From: an uncultured bacterium
Lineage (GTDB): Bacteria > Fidelibacterota > Marinisomatia > Marinisomatales > UBA1611
Length of the DNA stretch: 64,000 nucleotides
Direction: 5' to 3'
Assembly (NCBI GenBank): GCA_965660855.1
Contig: CBFIBM010000001.1
Coordinates: forward strand, 192,001 to 256,000
The first letter of the stretch is position 1. The number at the start of each line of letters is the position of its first letter. The notes beneath the pieces were generated by a model that searched no databases, had not been told where the DNA came from, and worked only from the letters and a program-made list of their open reading frames with translations. The translations under genes and the position numbers were made by a program. Shown one piece after another: positions 10,792-21,065 of this stretch.

Positions 10792-10964
10792 TAAAATGGT
10801 TATTTCTATTAATAATTTTATATTATTCAGGAAAATTGATAATGTTTTTTTTACCTGTTTTCAAGTTTAAAAAAAATATTGATGATTTAGACAAGAAAAA
10901 ACAATTTCGCTCTAAAATCGATAAAATGGATATTTTAGATGCTGAGTTTGAAGAGAACTCTTAA
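10788..10964 (+). CDS. Small single-pass membrane protein (58 aa), not in the ORF track
   Basis: MIKWLFLLIILYYSGKLIMFFLPVFKF...DILDAEFEENS. ATGA overlap with the upstream stop, and it fills the gap to 10974. Confidence 0.7.
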   Translation: MIKWLFLLIILYYSGKLIMFFLPVFKFKKNIDDLDKKKQFRSKIDKMDILDAEFEENS

Positions 10965-10973
10965 TTAAATCAT

Positions 10974-11570
10974 ATGAAAAATAAAGGTCTGATTCATTTA
11001 TTACTTTACGCACTACCTTTTTTTGTATATGGTCAGTTTACGAACTCTTACAAAGGATTTGGATTAGATATTGGAACCAGTGGAAGTGGTTTTTTCCTAA
11101 CAGTTTCTTCATTACATGATACCGAAAAAATTTCACTAAATGGAGAGGTTAGGTTTTACGACATAAAAGCTAAAGATGAAACAGTGGTGTATGATTACTA
11201 TTCCGGGAGATATCAAGATGTAGGCGGAATAAGTCTAGTAATGCTCCCAGTATACTTTGGAACAAATTATTATCCATTTGCAGGAAAAATTGAAAATAAC
11301 TTTTCACCATTTATTGGTATCAAACTAGGTTCAATTCTTACCATAGATGGTAATGAATTTGGACGTTTTATGGATAGGTGGAGAAGAGCAAAAACTCAAA
11401 TAATACCTGGATTTTTTCTAGGGTTTGGTATTGATTTTAAACTTGTTGGGCAAACTTTAGTATCTGCAATGGTTGGAAAAGAAATTATCAAATTAAAATA
11501 TAAAGCTGATGGAAATGATGATTACTCAGGATTTCTGATACATATCGCTTTTAAAAGACGATCAAAATGA
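10974..11570 (+). CDS. Secreted hypothetical protein, possible small outer-membrane beta-barrel
   Basis: Signal peptide and alternating Gly/aromatic strands (SPFIGIKLG, LGFGIDF). Confidence 0.55.
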   Translation: MKNKGLIHLLLYALPFFVYGQFTNSYKGFGLDIGTSGSGFFLTVSSLHDTEKISLNGEVRFYDIKAKDETVVYDYYSGRYQDVGGISLVMLPVYFGTNYYPFAGKIENNFSPFIGIKLGSILTIDGNEFGRFMDRWRRAKTQIIPGFFLGFGIDFKLVGQTLVSAMVGKEIIKLKYKADGNDDYSGFLIHIAFKRRSK

Positions 11571-12277
11571 TACCAGACAAGGCTTTCTATGTTCATCCAA
11601 ATCAAATAAAAAATAACATATTTATATTAGATGAATTTGAATCTAATCACTTAATTAATGTACTTCGATTAAAAATAAATGATCAAATACTTATTATTGA
11701 TGGGGTGGGTTGTGCATATGTTTCATTAATAAAAAATATATCAAAAAAAAATGTATCAGGAGAAATACAAAAAAAGTATAAACATTTAGGTGAGAATCAA
11801 TTAAATATAACCATTGCACCAGGTCTAATTAAACGTAACAGATTTGAAAATATGATGGAAAAAGCAGTCGAACTAGGAGTGAGAGAAATTCAACCATTAA
11901 TTTTAGATCACTGCCAAATAAAACACATGAATTTTGATAGAATAAAAAAAATTATAATTTCATCTTCAAAGCAGTGTAAACGGAGTTTCTTTCCAATTTT
12001 AAAAAGTCCTATTTCTCTAGAAGAATACCTGAATAAGCAATCCAACTTAATAATTGCAGGTAGTCAAAAATCAGAAGTTCATCTAAGAGAAGCATTATCA
12101 AAAATATCTAGAGATATTAATGTAATAATCGGTCCTGAGGGTGATTTTAGTGATGATGAGTATGCATTATTAGAAAACAAAGATATATTACTTTATAGTT
12201 TGGGTTCAAGACGCTTGAGATCTGAAACTGCATGTATAGCATCCATATCTATTCTAAATGAGTTTTTTAATGATTGA
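11567..12277 (+). CDS. rsmE: 16S rRNA m3U1498 methyltransferase
   Basis: HLINVLRL, EKAVELGV, KQCKR, IIGPEGDFS and LRSETA. Confidence 0.95.
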   Translation: MIPDKAFYVHPNQIKNNIFILDEFESNHLINVLRLKINDQILIIDGVGCAYVSLIKNISKKNVSGEIQKKYKHLGENQLNITIAPGLIKRNRFENMMEKAVELGVREIQPLILDHCQIKHMNFDRIKKIIISSSKQCKRSFFPILKSPISLEEYLNKQSNLIIAGSQKSEVHLREALSKISRDINVIIGPEGDFSDDEYALLENKDILLYSLGSRRLRSETACIASISILNEFFND

Positions 12278-12620
12278 TAAGAGCTGTTTGTTCTGTAAAA
12301 TAATTATCAAGGAACTTCCTACAAATTTTATTTACGAAAATGATTTAGTTGTGGCATTTAATGATATATCTCCTCAAGCTCCTAAACATATTCTTATCAT
12401 TCCTAAAGTACATATTGCTACATTAAATGACCTTAAAGATCATCAAACAATAATTCTGGGTGAAATGGTTAAAGCTTCAAAGGAAATAGCAAAAAATCAA
12501 AATTTTGACCAAACTGGATATAGAACAGTTTTTAATTGTAATAAAGATGCCGGTCAAACAGTTTTTCATATTCATCTTCATTTGCTAGCAGGAAGATCTT
12601 TTCAATGGCCACCCGGATAA
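12258..12620 (+). CDS. hinT: Histidine triad (HIT) nucleotide-binding protein
   Basis: CLFCKI, AFNDISPQAPKHILIIPK and AGQTVFHIHLHLL. True start may be ATG 12270. Confidence 0.93.
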   Translation: MSFLMIDKSCLFCKIIIKELPTNFIYENDLVVAFNDISPQAPKHILIIPKVHIATLNDLKDHQTIILGEMVKASKEIAKNQNFDQTGYRTVFNCNKDAGQTVFHIHLHLLAGRSFQWPPG

Positions 12621-12632
12621 TTTAGGATTAAA

Positions 12633-13622
12633 ATGGGGGGAAAATTTAACTGGGGTATTATTGGAACGGGTGGAATAGCAAATGCTTTTGCTAATGATCT
12701 AAAGGTGTTAGATGATCATGAAATAAAGGCAGTTGCATCACGAACTAGAAAAAAAGCCTTAGAATTTTCATTAAAATTTAAAAAATGTGTTCCCTATCAT
12801 AATTATAATGATTTTGTATCGGATTCTTCTCTGGATGCCGTTTATATTGCAACCCCGAATCATTTGCATATGGAGCATGCACTTCTTGCAATAAATGCAG
12901 GGCTTCCAGTTCTATGTGAAAAACCTTTTGCATTAAATTCAAAAGAAGTTCAAACGATGATGGATGCAGCTAAATTTAAAAATGTTTTATTAGTTGAAGC
13001 TATGTGGTCAAGATTTTTACCCCACATGATCGAGGTTAAAAAAATTATTAACAGTGGTATATTAGGAAAAATATTTACTCTACATGCCGATCATGGTCAA
13101 GATTTAACTGATATTAAAAATCCAAGGTTATGGAAAGCAGAATTTGGAGGAGGGGCACTTTTGGATTTAGGAATATACGTAGTCTCATTTGCGCATTTAA
13201 TTTTAGGAAAACCAAATGAAATTGTTGCAAATACAATGCTTAATGAGGATGGAATTGATTTACAAACATCTGTAATATTAAAATACAAAACTGGAGCTCA
13301 AGCTATTCTTAATTCTACAATGATTAATAGCACTCCTTGTAGAGCCGTTATCTCTGGAGAAAATGGAAGGATCGAGATAAAACCAGTATTCTATGCTCCA
13401 TCATCTTTTAAGGTTATTTTAAAAAATGGTGAAATTAAAGATTATCCAAATAAATACCAGGGGCATGGTTTAAGAGAGCAAGCTGTAGAATTCGTAAAAT
13501 GTATAAATATGAAATTATTAGAAACCCCAAGGATGAAACATTTAGATAGCCTTACTGTTATGAGAACAATAGATAAAATACGAGAAGAGATTGGTTTAAT
13601 TTTTCCAAATGATTCTCTATGA
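12633..13622 (+). CDS. Gfo/Idh/MocA family oxidoreductase
   Basis: WGIIGTGGIA, VYIATPNHLH, VLCEKP, EAMW and GGGALLDLGIY. Confidence 0.93.
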   Translation: MGGKFNWGIIGTGGIANAFANDLKVLDDHEIKAVASRTRKKALEFSLKFKKCVPYHNYNDFVSDSSLDAVYIATPNHLHMEHALLAINAGLPVLCEKPFALNSKEVQTMMDAAKFKNVLLVEAMWSRFLPHMIEVKKIINSGILGKIFTLHADHGQDLTDIKNPRLWKAEFGGGALLDLGIYVVSFAHLILGKPNEIVANTMLNEDGIDLQTSVILKYKTGAQAILNSTMINSTPCRAVISGENGRIEIKPVFYAPSSFKVILKNGEIKDYPNKYQGHGLREQAVEFVKCINMKLLETPRMKHLDSLTVMRTIDKIREEIGLIFPNDSL

Positions 13623-13672
13623 TAACTTGAATTCTATTGTAACTTTTATTATTAAAATAAAGGAAAAATTAA

Positions 13673-14263
13673 ATGAAAAATATACTATATCCATCTTTAA
13701 TTCTGTTTTTAATTTTTGGTTGTGAGGATACTGATGAGGCTATGAACACGTCACTTTTGGGTTCATGGAATTATAGTGTTTATTTACTAGAAAATAATTG
13801 TGATGGGACTGGAGAGGTTGAAGATATGGGAACATTAGAAATTACGGATACCGAATTTATAATAAACGAAACTGAAACCTTATCAGATTGGTGTGATGAA
13901 GATTTAGTAAATGATACGCTATGTGTTGAGTATGGTGATTCTACAAGTTTAAATGATTTTCAAGAAATTTGTGTAGATGAAGGCGGAACATTTGATTCTA
14001 TTACTGGAATTTGTGATAATCCTTTTGCTAGTACTTACACTTTGTCTGACTCACTTTATTTAACATTCCAGGATACAATACACATACCTGAATCCTATTC
14101 GTCTATTTGTGCTGAGGAAGGTGGTGTATATGCAGATGGAGTTTGCACAATTACATATAATTCAACTCATGCGTTGAACTTAGATGATGTTACTGCAACA
14201 TTGACGAGGACTTTTACAGAAAATGATACTTTATATTGTGAGAAATTTGTTTTAACAAAATAG
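13673..14263 (+). CDS. Acidic Cys-rich lipoprotein with lipocalin-like GxW motif
   Basis: Lipobox IFGC, LLGSWNY, two C-xx-EGG-x(6-7)-C repeats and an AAGGA SD upstream. Confidence 0.75.
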   Translation: MKNILYPSLILFLIFGCEDTDEAMNTSLLGSWNYSVYLLENNCDGTGEVEDMGTLEITDTEFIINETETLSDWCDEDLVNDTLCVEYGDSTSLNDFQEICVDEGGTFDSITGICDNPFASTYTLSDSLYLTFQDTIHIPESYSSICAEEGGVYADGVCTITYNSTHALNLDDVTATLTRTFTENDTLYCEKFVLTK

Positions 14264-14280
14264 ATTTATTACCCTAGAGT

Positions 14281-14330
14281 TTTTCAAAATAAAAAACCCC
14301 ACTTTTTTGTGGGGTTTTTTATTTTGAAAA
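14281..14330. terminator. Bidirectional intrinsic terminator with a perfect 22-bp stem
   Basis: TTTTCAAAATAAAAAACCCCAC-TTTTTT-GTGGGGTTTTTTATTTTGAAAA, just after the stop at 14263. Confidence 0.9.
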
Positions 14331-14403
14331 GTACCTTAAATTTTACAATAACTTGAAGTTTAATATTTTATAAGTTTAACATAGATCATTAAAAATGTAG
14401 CGT

Positions 14404-14715
14404 ATGTATCAAATAATAAATAATAAAAAATTTAAAATTTTAATAATCGTTTTTATTGGATATTCCTTATCCTACGCAGATATGCCTGGTACATTAAAAA
14501 ATCAGACTAATATACCTAAGTCGGAATTTTTTCGAGAATATAAAGATATTAAAAAATCTAAAGTTGAATACATCTATGATGTAAATGGAAAAACAGTTAT
14601 ATCAAAAAATTATTTAAAAAACGAGAAATTGGCATCTAAAACAACTTATAGAAACTCCAAAAAACAAGATGTTTTTATATATTATACAAATTGTTATAAT
14701 GAAGATTGTTATTAA
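14404..14715 (+). CDS. Small secreted hypothetical protein with weak MORN-like beta repeats
   Basis: Signal-peptide-like N-terminus and YIYDVNGK / TTYRNSKK segments. Confidence 0.45.
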   Translation: MYQIINNKKFKILIIVFIGYSLSYADMPGTLKNQTNIPKSEFFREYKDIKKSKVEYIYDVNGKTVISKNYLKNEKLASKTTYRNSKKQDVFIYYTNCYNEDCY

Positions 14716-14798
14716 ATAAATTATAATTCATATGCAATGAGGGGTGGATAACTGATTTAAGTCCTCGTAAATTTATCGATTATAACCAAAAGGCTTTT

Positions 14799-17700
14799 GT
14801 GTATATATCTGAAATAAAAATGCATGGTTTCAAATCTTTTGCTAACAAAGAAGTCATGAAACTTGGACAAGGAATTACAACTGTAGTTGGACCAAATGGT
14901 TGTGGAAAAACAAATATTGTGGATGCAATTAGGTGGGTTTTAGGCGAGCAAAAGTACAGCGTTTTAAGAAGTGGTAAAATGGAGGATGTAATTTTTAACG
15001 GTGCCGAGGGTTTTAAAGCTCTTGGAGTTTGTGAAGTTTCTATGACTGTCCATAATAACTCAGGGAAACTTCCTATTGAATATAATGATATTGAAATTGC
15101 AAGGAGAGTTTACCGTAATGGGGATTCTGAATATTATTTAAATAAAACACAATGCCGACTGAAAGATATAATGGATCTATTTTTAGATACAGGTATGGGT
15201 GCTGATGCATATTCAGTTATTGAGCTGAAAATGATAGAACAAATCCTATCAGAGACTGCAGATGATAGAAGAAATATGTTTGAGGAGGCAGCAGGAATAC
15301 ATAAATACAGATCGCAAAGAAAATCTACAATTAGAAAGTTTGATGCTACAAGATTGGACCTAGAAAGAATTAATGATATAATATTAGAGGTAGAACAAAA
15401 AGTTAATGGACTACTTCTTCAATTAAAGCGGTATAAAAGACATTCAAACTTAACAGAAGAACTAAAAACTAACGAAATAAGTTTAGCTTACTTAAAAACT
15501 TTTAGGCTGCAATCTGAAATGCTTCCAGTTAAAGAAAAAATAAAAGAATTTAAATATCTCAGAGAATCAAAATCCTCTGAAACATCTTCATATCAAAAAG
15601 AATTGAATGAATTGCAAGAAAATTATAAAAAACAAGAAAATGAATTAAATGAAATGCAAAATTTTATGTCTTCACTTCATAAAAAGAGAGAAGAAATAAG
15701 AAATAACATTATTGTTTTATCCGAAAAAGGTAAAGGTGCCCTTTTAACAATAGATAGACTCGAAAGAGAGAAAACTAATAATAAAGGAAAAATAGATAAT
15801 TTGAGGCAATTAAAGCTAGAATTTGATAAAGAAATTCTTACTTTAGAACCATCTATTGATGAATTACTAGGAAAATTTAAATTAGATAAAATTAAATTTG
15901 ATGATATTGATATTCTATATAAAGATAAAGAGAAATCTCTTGATAATCTTCAATCTGAAAGATGGGAGTTACAACGAAAATTAGTTAATGATAGATCTTT
16001 TTATGATAGAACAAATGCAAGTATGAATGAGAAGAATAACAGTTTAGAAGGATATAAAGAAATAATATCTAATTCAAAAAAAGAACAAGAGACTCAACTA
16101 AAAAATATAAAAATATTATCTACAAATCAGTCTGAAGTGAATGATAAACTAAAAAAGGTTAATTCTAAGATTGCCACCCTAGAGGAAAAACAAAAGGATC
16201 TCATAATTAAAAGACAGGATATTGTTAAAGAAAAATATTCTGTTACTGCAATGATGGACTCACTAAGGGGTCAACATCTCTTTTATAAAAATTTAGTTGA
16301 ATCAAAAGAAGGATTCCCGGAAGGTACCAGATATGTACTTGAAAACCCAAATTTATTTGAGGGTATTCTTGGTACCGTGGCTGATATGTTTGAAATCAAA
16401 GAAGAATTTCGTGATGCGCTTGAATCTGGCTTGGGTGATTTATCTCACTGTTTAATTGCAGATAATAAAGAAAATGCAATGAAAATATTAAAAATTGCCT
16501 CTGAAAAAAAAATTGGTGATCTCTCAATAATACCTTTAAAAGAATCTTCAAAGATTAAGGTTAATGTTATCCCAAACCCTAAAGTTGGATTAAGGATTGT
16601 TAGAGCTATTGAAGTAGTTAAAACCAGCAAAAATCTGATCCCTTTGGCTAATTACTTACTAGGGTCACTCATTATAGTAGATGATCTAAATATTGCATTA
16701 AAAAATGAAGATCTTCAAAATTGGAGCTTAGTAGATAGAAATGGTACTTTGTCTGGTAAGGATTTAGTCCTGAAAAGCAGACAAGTTTCAGAATTTGGAA
16801 ATTTAATGGGAAGAGAAGAAAAGCTTAAGGAAATATTATTGGAATTAGAGTATCTTAAGAAAAATGAGTCCCAACTAAATGATAAGTTTGAAAAATTAGA
16901 CAAATTCATAAATGAAAATAAATTAACTATTAAAAAATCAATTGAAGAAAAACAACATTTTAAAAGTAAACTTTTGCAAATTGACTCGGATCTATTAAGG
17001 GAAAAGCTTATTGATGAACAATCAATGAAAACACTTAAAATTTCTCAAATTGAAATTTTTCAATTGCAAAAGGATATTAAAAACCTAAAATTATCAATCG
17101 AAACTTTAAAACCAAAAATTAAAAAATTTGAAGAAAAAATAGACTCTTATCAAAAGAAAATAAATACTGCAGACCAAGAGATGCTAAAATATAGATCTAT
17201 GAGAGATGACGCTCAATCACTTCTACAAGAGAGCAGAATTCAGCTTATTGAATTGGAATCAAGACGAGATCAAGTTAGCTTTAAAAAAAAATCAGGCGAA
17301 GAATCAAGAGATGAATTAAAACAAAGAATAGAAAAACTGGTTAAAGAAATTTTTGAATTAAAAGAACAAAAAGAAAAGTTAGATAAAGATATAAACTTAA
17401 AAGAAAAAGAATTAAACCTCTCAAATGCTGAAATTCAAAAGCAAAGGTCAATCCTTGAACTAAAACAAGAAGTATTTAGAGAAACATTTTTAGAACTTGA
17501 ACAGATACAATCTAAAATAGCATCAGATCAAAAAAATAAAGAGCAAATTTTAGAGGATTTAAAAAATTTAGAACTAGATTTATCTAGAAATGAGCAAACA
17601 GTTATAGCTATCAAAGAAAAAATATCAGAAAAGTATTATACAATTTTACCCGATCATCTTGTCGTAGATGAAACTGAGGAACAATTGGAAATCATAATTA

Positions 17701-18320
17701 ATAAAATTCAAAGGAGTCTTGAAAATATTGGACCTGTTAATATGGCTGTGCAGGACGAGCATAGAGAGGAAGATGAAAGGCTACAGGAGCTATGTAATCA
17801 GAGAAATGATTTAATTAAAGCAGAGGAACATCTTCGAGAAACGATTCGGAAAATTGATAAAGTTGCAAGGAAACGTTTTCAGGAAACGTTTGTAATGATA
17901 AAATTAAATTTCGAAAAACTTTTTAATCTATTTTTTGAAGGAGGTAATGCCACATTGAAACTAATTGGAGATCCAGATCCTCTTGAGGCTGATATAGGAA
18001 TTGAAGCTCAGCCACCAGGTAAAAAGAATACTTCTTTAAGACTTCTTTCTAGTGGAGAAAAAGCACTCACTGCTATATCACTACTATTTGCTATATATCA
18101 GGTTAAGCCTAGTCCTTATTGTATCTTAGATGAAGTTGATGCTCCATTAGATGATATTAATGTTCGTAAGTTTACGAAAGTTCTAAGTAAATTTTGTGAT
18201 AAAACACAATTCATTATTGTTACTCATAATAAGTTAACAATGGAAACTGCTGATTTTATGTATGGAGTAACACAAGAAAAGAAAGGTGTTTCAAAATTAG
18301 TATCCGTAAAGTTTGATTAA
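14799..18320 (+). CDS. smc: Chromosome segregation protein SMC
   Basis: GFKSFA, Walker A GPNGCGKTN, coiled coils, hinge, GPVNM, LLSSGEK and LDEVDAPLD. Confidence 0.98.
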   Translation: MYISEIKMHGFKSFANKEVMKLGQGITTVVGPNGCGKTNIVDAIRWVLGEQKYSVLRSGKMEDVIFNGAEGFKALGVCEVSMTVHNNSGKLPIEYNDIEIARRVYRNGDSEYYLNKTQCRLKDIMDLFLDTGMGADAYSVIELKMIEQILSETADDRRNMFEEAAGIHKYRSQRKSTIRKFDATRLDLERINDIILEVEQKVNGLLLQLKRYKRHSNLTEELKTNEISLAYLKTFRLQSEMLPVKEKIKEFKYLRESKSSETSSYQKELNELQENYKKQENELNEMQNFMSSLHKKREEIRNNIIVLSEKGKGALLTIDRLEREKTNNKGKIDNLRQLKLEFDKEILTLEPSIDELLGKFKLDKIKFDDIDILYKDKEKSLDNLQSERWELQRKLVNDRSFYDRTNASMNEKNNSLEGYKEIISNSKKEQETQLKNIKILSTNQSEVNDKLKKVNSKIATLEEKQKDLIIKRQDIVKEKYSVTAMMDSLRGQHLFYKNLVESKEGFPEGTRYVLENPNLFEGILGTVADMFEIKEEFRDALESGLGDLSHCLIADNKENAMKILKIASEKKIGDLSIIPLKESSKIKVNVIPNPKVGLRIVRAIEVVKTSKNLIPLANYLLGSLIIVDDLNIALKNEDLQNWSLVDRNGTLSGKDLVLKSRQVSEFGNLMGREEKLKEILLELEYLKKNESQLNDKFEKLDKFINENKLTIKKSIEEKQHFKSKLLQIDSDLLREKLIDEQSMKTLKISQIEIFQLQKDIKNLKLSIETLKPKIKKFEEKIDSYQKKINTADQEMLKYRSMRDDAQSLLQESRIQLIELESRRDQVSFKKKSGEESRDELKQRIEKLVKEIFELKEQKEKLDKDINLKEKELNLSNAEIQKQRSILELKQEVFRETFLELEQIQSKIASDQKNKEQILEDLKNLELDLSRNEQTVIAIKEKISEKYYTILPDHLVVDETEEQLEIIINKIQRSLENIGPVNMAVQDEHREEDERLQELCNQRNDLIKAEEHLRETIRKIDKVARKRFQETFVMIKLNFEKLFNLFFEGGNATLKLIGDPDPLEADIGIEAQPPGKKNTSLRLLSSGEKALTAISLLFAIYQVKPSPYCILDEVDAPLDDINVRKFTKVLSKFCDKTQFIIVTHNKLTMETADFMYGVTQEKKGVSKLVSVKFD

Positions 18321-19368
18321 AACGAATGTCATGTATAAAATAATTAATTCAACAACTCTTCTTGAAATATGGTTATCTCCTTTACTGATAATATTTGCAG
18401 CAATACTTTTCGGTTTAATTTTTAAAAAATTCATTCATTCTAAATTAAAAAGATTTACGGAACTCTCTGATTGGGAAGGGGATGATATTCTACTTGAGTC
18501 AGTGGAATCTCAAATTGTACTTTGGTCTTTTTTATTTTCACTTTTTTTAGTTTTTAAGGACTTGTCCATAAATCCGGAATATTCAAAATATATTTTAATT
18601 ATTATTAAAATTATTCTCATCGCTTCTATAACCCACTCAATGGCAAAATTAATTTTAGGCTTATTTAATTTGTGGTCAAATAAACAGTCAGGAGGGTTTC
18701 CATCAACAACAATATTTACAAATATTGTAAAAATTACAATTTATGTAATAGGATTATTGATTATTTTAGATTCTGTAGATATATCAATTGCCCCAATGCT
18801 TACAGCTTTAGGTGTTGGTGGTTTGGCTGTTTCACTAGCTTTGAAAGATACTTTATCAGATGTTTTTGCTGGACTACATATTCTACTAAGTAAAAAAGTT
18901 CAACCTGGTGATTTTGTAAGCTTAGATTCAGGTGAAATGGGTTATATTCAAAACATCACTTGGCGTAACACAAAAATGTTAGAAAGAACCAATAATATAT
19001 TGCATATCCCCAATACGAAATTGTCCTCTGCTATTGTCAAAAACTATGATAGTGGTGATCCAAGTTTTTCTGTAAAAGTATTTATGGGCGTTGATTATAA
19101 CTCTGATTTAGAACATGTTGAAAAAATAACTATGGATGTAGCTAATGAGTTACATCAAACACTGGAAGAAACAAATAAACTATCTAAACCCAGTTTTAAA
19201 TTCAGAGGATTTGGTGAATCAAGTATTGATTTTGCGATATATTTTAGAGGAAATAAATATGGAGACCAGAACCCAATTATTCACCAATTTATAAAAAAAA
19301 TTCATAAACGTTTTAAAGAAGAGAGTATCCAAATACCATATCCTATAAGAACTATCATCAAAAAATAA
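18313..19368 (+). CDS. Small-conductance mechanosensitive channel (MscS family)
   Basis: ALGVGGLAVSLALKDTLSD, PGDFV, ITWRNT, IPN and IPYP. Start may be ATG 18331. Confidence 0.92.
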   Translation: MIKTNVMYKIINSTTLLEIWLSPLLIIFAAILFGLIFKKFIHSKLKRFTELSDWEGDDILLESVESQIVLWSFLFSLFLVFKDLSINPEYSKYILIIIKIILIASITHSMAKLILGLFNLWSNKQSGGFPSTTIFTNIVKITIYVIGLLIILDSVDISIAPMLTALGVGGLAVSLALKDTLSDVFAGLHILLSKKVQPGDFVSLDSGEMGYIQNITWRNTKMLERTNNILHIPNTKLSSAIVKNYDSGDPSFSVKVFMGVDYNSDLEHVEKITMDVANELHQTLEETNKLSKPSFKFRGFGESSIDFAIYFRGNKYGDQNPIIHQFIKKIHKRFKEESIQIPYPIRTIIKK

Positions 19369-19378
19369 TTTTAACTAA

Positions 19379-19744
19379 ATGAAAACTTGGATAATAATTG
19401 GCTCAATTTTTAATGGTTTAGGTATTGTTTTAGGTGCATTTGCTTCACATTCTTTAAAAGAACAATTACCTGCACAGGATTTAAATATTTTTGAAATAGG
19501 TGTTAGATACCAAATATATCATTCATTTGGGTTAATATTTTTAGGTATTTTGGGATTTCACTTCCCAAACATAGTAATTGATGCGTCAGCAAAGTTATTT
19601 ATTATTGGTATAATATTGTTTTCAGGGAGCCTTTATTTATTAGTTTTGACAAATCAGAGGTGGTTAGGAGCTATTACCCCTCTTGGAGGGTTTTGTTATA
19701 TTTTCGGCTGGTTTTTACTAGCTTTTAAAATATACAAAGTATAA
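19379..19744 (+). CDS. DUF423 (YgdD/TMEM256) membrane protein
   Basis: GAFASH, RYQIYH, FSGSLY and GAITPLGG. Confidence 0.92.
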   Translation: MKTWIIIGSIFNGLGIVLGAFASHSLKEQLPAQDLNIFEIGVRYQIYHSFGLIFLGILGFHFPNIVIDASAKLFIIGIILFSGSLYLLVLTNQRWLGAITPLGGFCYIFGWFLLAFKIYKV

Positions 19745-19757
19745 AAAGAAATTTTCC

Positions 19758-21065
19758 ATGCTAGATGACCAAAACAAGCATATAACATTCTGGACATCTT
19801 CCTCATTTATTATTGCATCTATGGTTGGAACAGGTGTTTTTACTAGCCTAGGTTATCAATTATTAAATATTGATTCAATTTTTCCTTTACTATTTCTATG
19901 GATAATTGGTGGATTTTTAGCTTTGTGTGGAGCTCTCACTTATGGAGAGTTAGCAACTCTTTATCCTAGGTCCGGTGGTGAGTATTCATTATTAAGTAAA
20001 ATTATTCATCCCTCAGTTGGATTCTGTGCGGGGCTAATTTCTGCAACTATTGGTTTTGCTGCACCATCAGTTTTGGCATCAATTGCATTTTCAAATTATA
20101 TATCAACAATTTTTGATTTTATTAATATAAAATTAATAGCAGTAATTATTATATTTTCCTTTCATGTCATCCATATTTCTAGCATAAAAGTAGGCACATC
20201 TTTTCAAAATATTTCTACACTTATAAAAATTTTATTTATAATAATTTTTATTGGAATTGGTTTTAAAGTTGACAACCCGCAAAAGTTGGCGCTCATTCCA
20301 ACAATTAAAGATTTTAATATTATTTTTAGTTCATTTTTTGCTGTTAATCTTATTTGGGTATCTTATGCATATACTGGATGGAATTCGGTAATATATATTG
20401 CTAGCGAAGTAAAAAAACCGTACGAGAATATTTCTAAATCAATGTTTTTTTCAACATTATCAGTAATGTTCCTCTATGTATTATTAAACTATATATTTCT
20501 TTACACTGCTCCAATAAGTAGTCTGATTGGTGAGGTTGAAGTTGCTCATATATCGGCAAGATATATTTTTGGAGAAAGTGGTGGGAAAATTATTTCTATC
20601 GGGATATCTCTTTTACTTTTATCTACGGTAAGTAGCTATGTATATATTGGACCTCGAGTTATGGAAGTAATGGGAAATGATTACGCTATATTAAGTATTT
20701 TTAAAAAAACGGATTCGAAAAAAATACCTAGGAATGCATTTTTATTACAATTTTTTATATCTATCCTTTTTATTCTAACCTCATCTTTTGAACAAGTCTT
20801 AATGTATACAGGGATTTCTTTAATCCTTACATCAAGTCTCACGGTTTTTGCACTTTTTATTTCAAGAGTCAAAGATAAAAATTTAAAAAGACCGTATAAA
20901 ACCTGGGGCTTTCCGATAACACCTATCTTTTATCTTTTATTAAATACCTGGATATTGTACCACTCATTTTTAGAATCAACTATTGAATCTCTAATAGGCT
21001 TTTTTATCTTCGTTTTCATTATTTTATTCCACTCTCATTATATTTCCCGAACTGATAATGCATAA
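19758..21065 (+). CDS. APC family amino-acid permease
   Basis: MVGTGVF, YGELATLYPRSGGEY, YAYTGWN and RPYKTWGFP; multiple TM segments. Confidence 0.92.
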   Translation: MLDDQNKHITFWTSSSFIIASMVGTGVFTSLGYQLLNIDSIFPLLFLWIIGGFLALCGALTYGELATLYPRSGGEYSLLSKIIHPSVGFCAGLISATIGFAAPSVLASIAFSNYISTIFDFINIKLIAVIIIFSFHVIHISSIKVGTSFQNISTLIKILFIIIFIGIGFKVDNPQKLALIPTIKDFNIIFSSFFAVNLIWVSYAYTGWNSVIYIASEVKKPYENISKSMFFSTLSVMFLYVLLNYIFLYTAPISSLIGEVEVAHISARYIFGESGGKIISIGISLLLLSTVSSYVYIGPRVMEVMGNDYAILSIFKKTDSKKIPRNAFLLQFFISILFILTSSFEQVLMYTGISLILTSSLTVFALFISRVKDKNLKRPYKTWGFPITPIFYLLLNTWILYHSFLESTIESLIGFFIFVFIILFHSHYISRTDNA

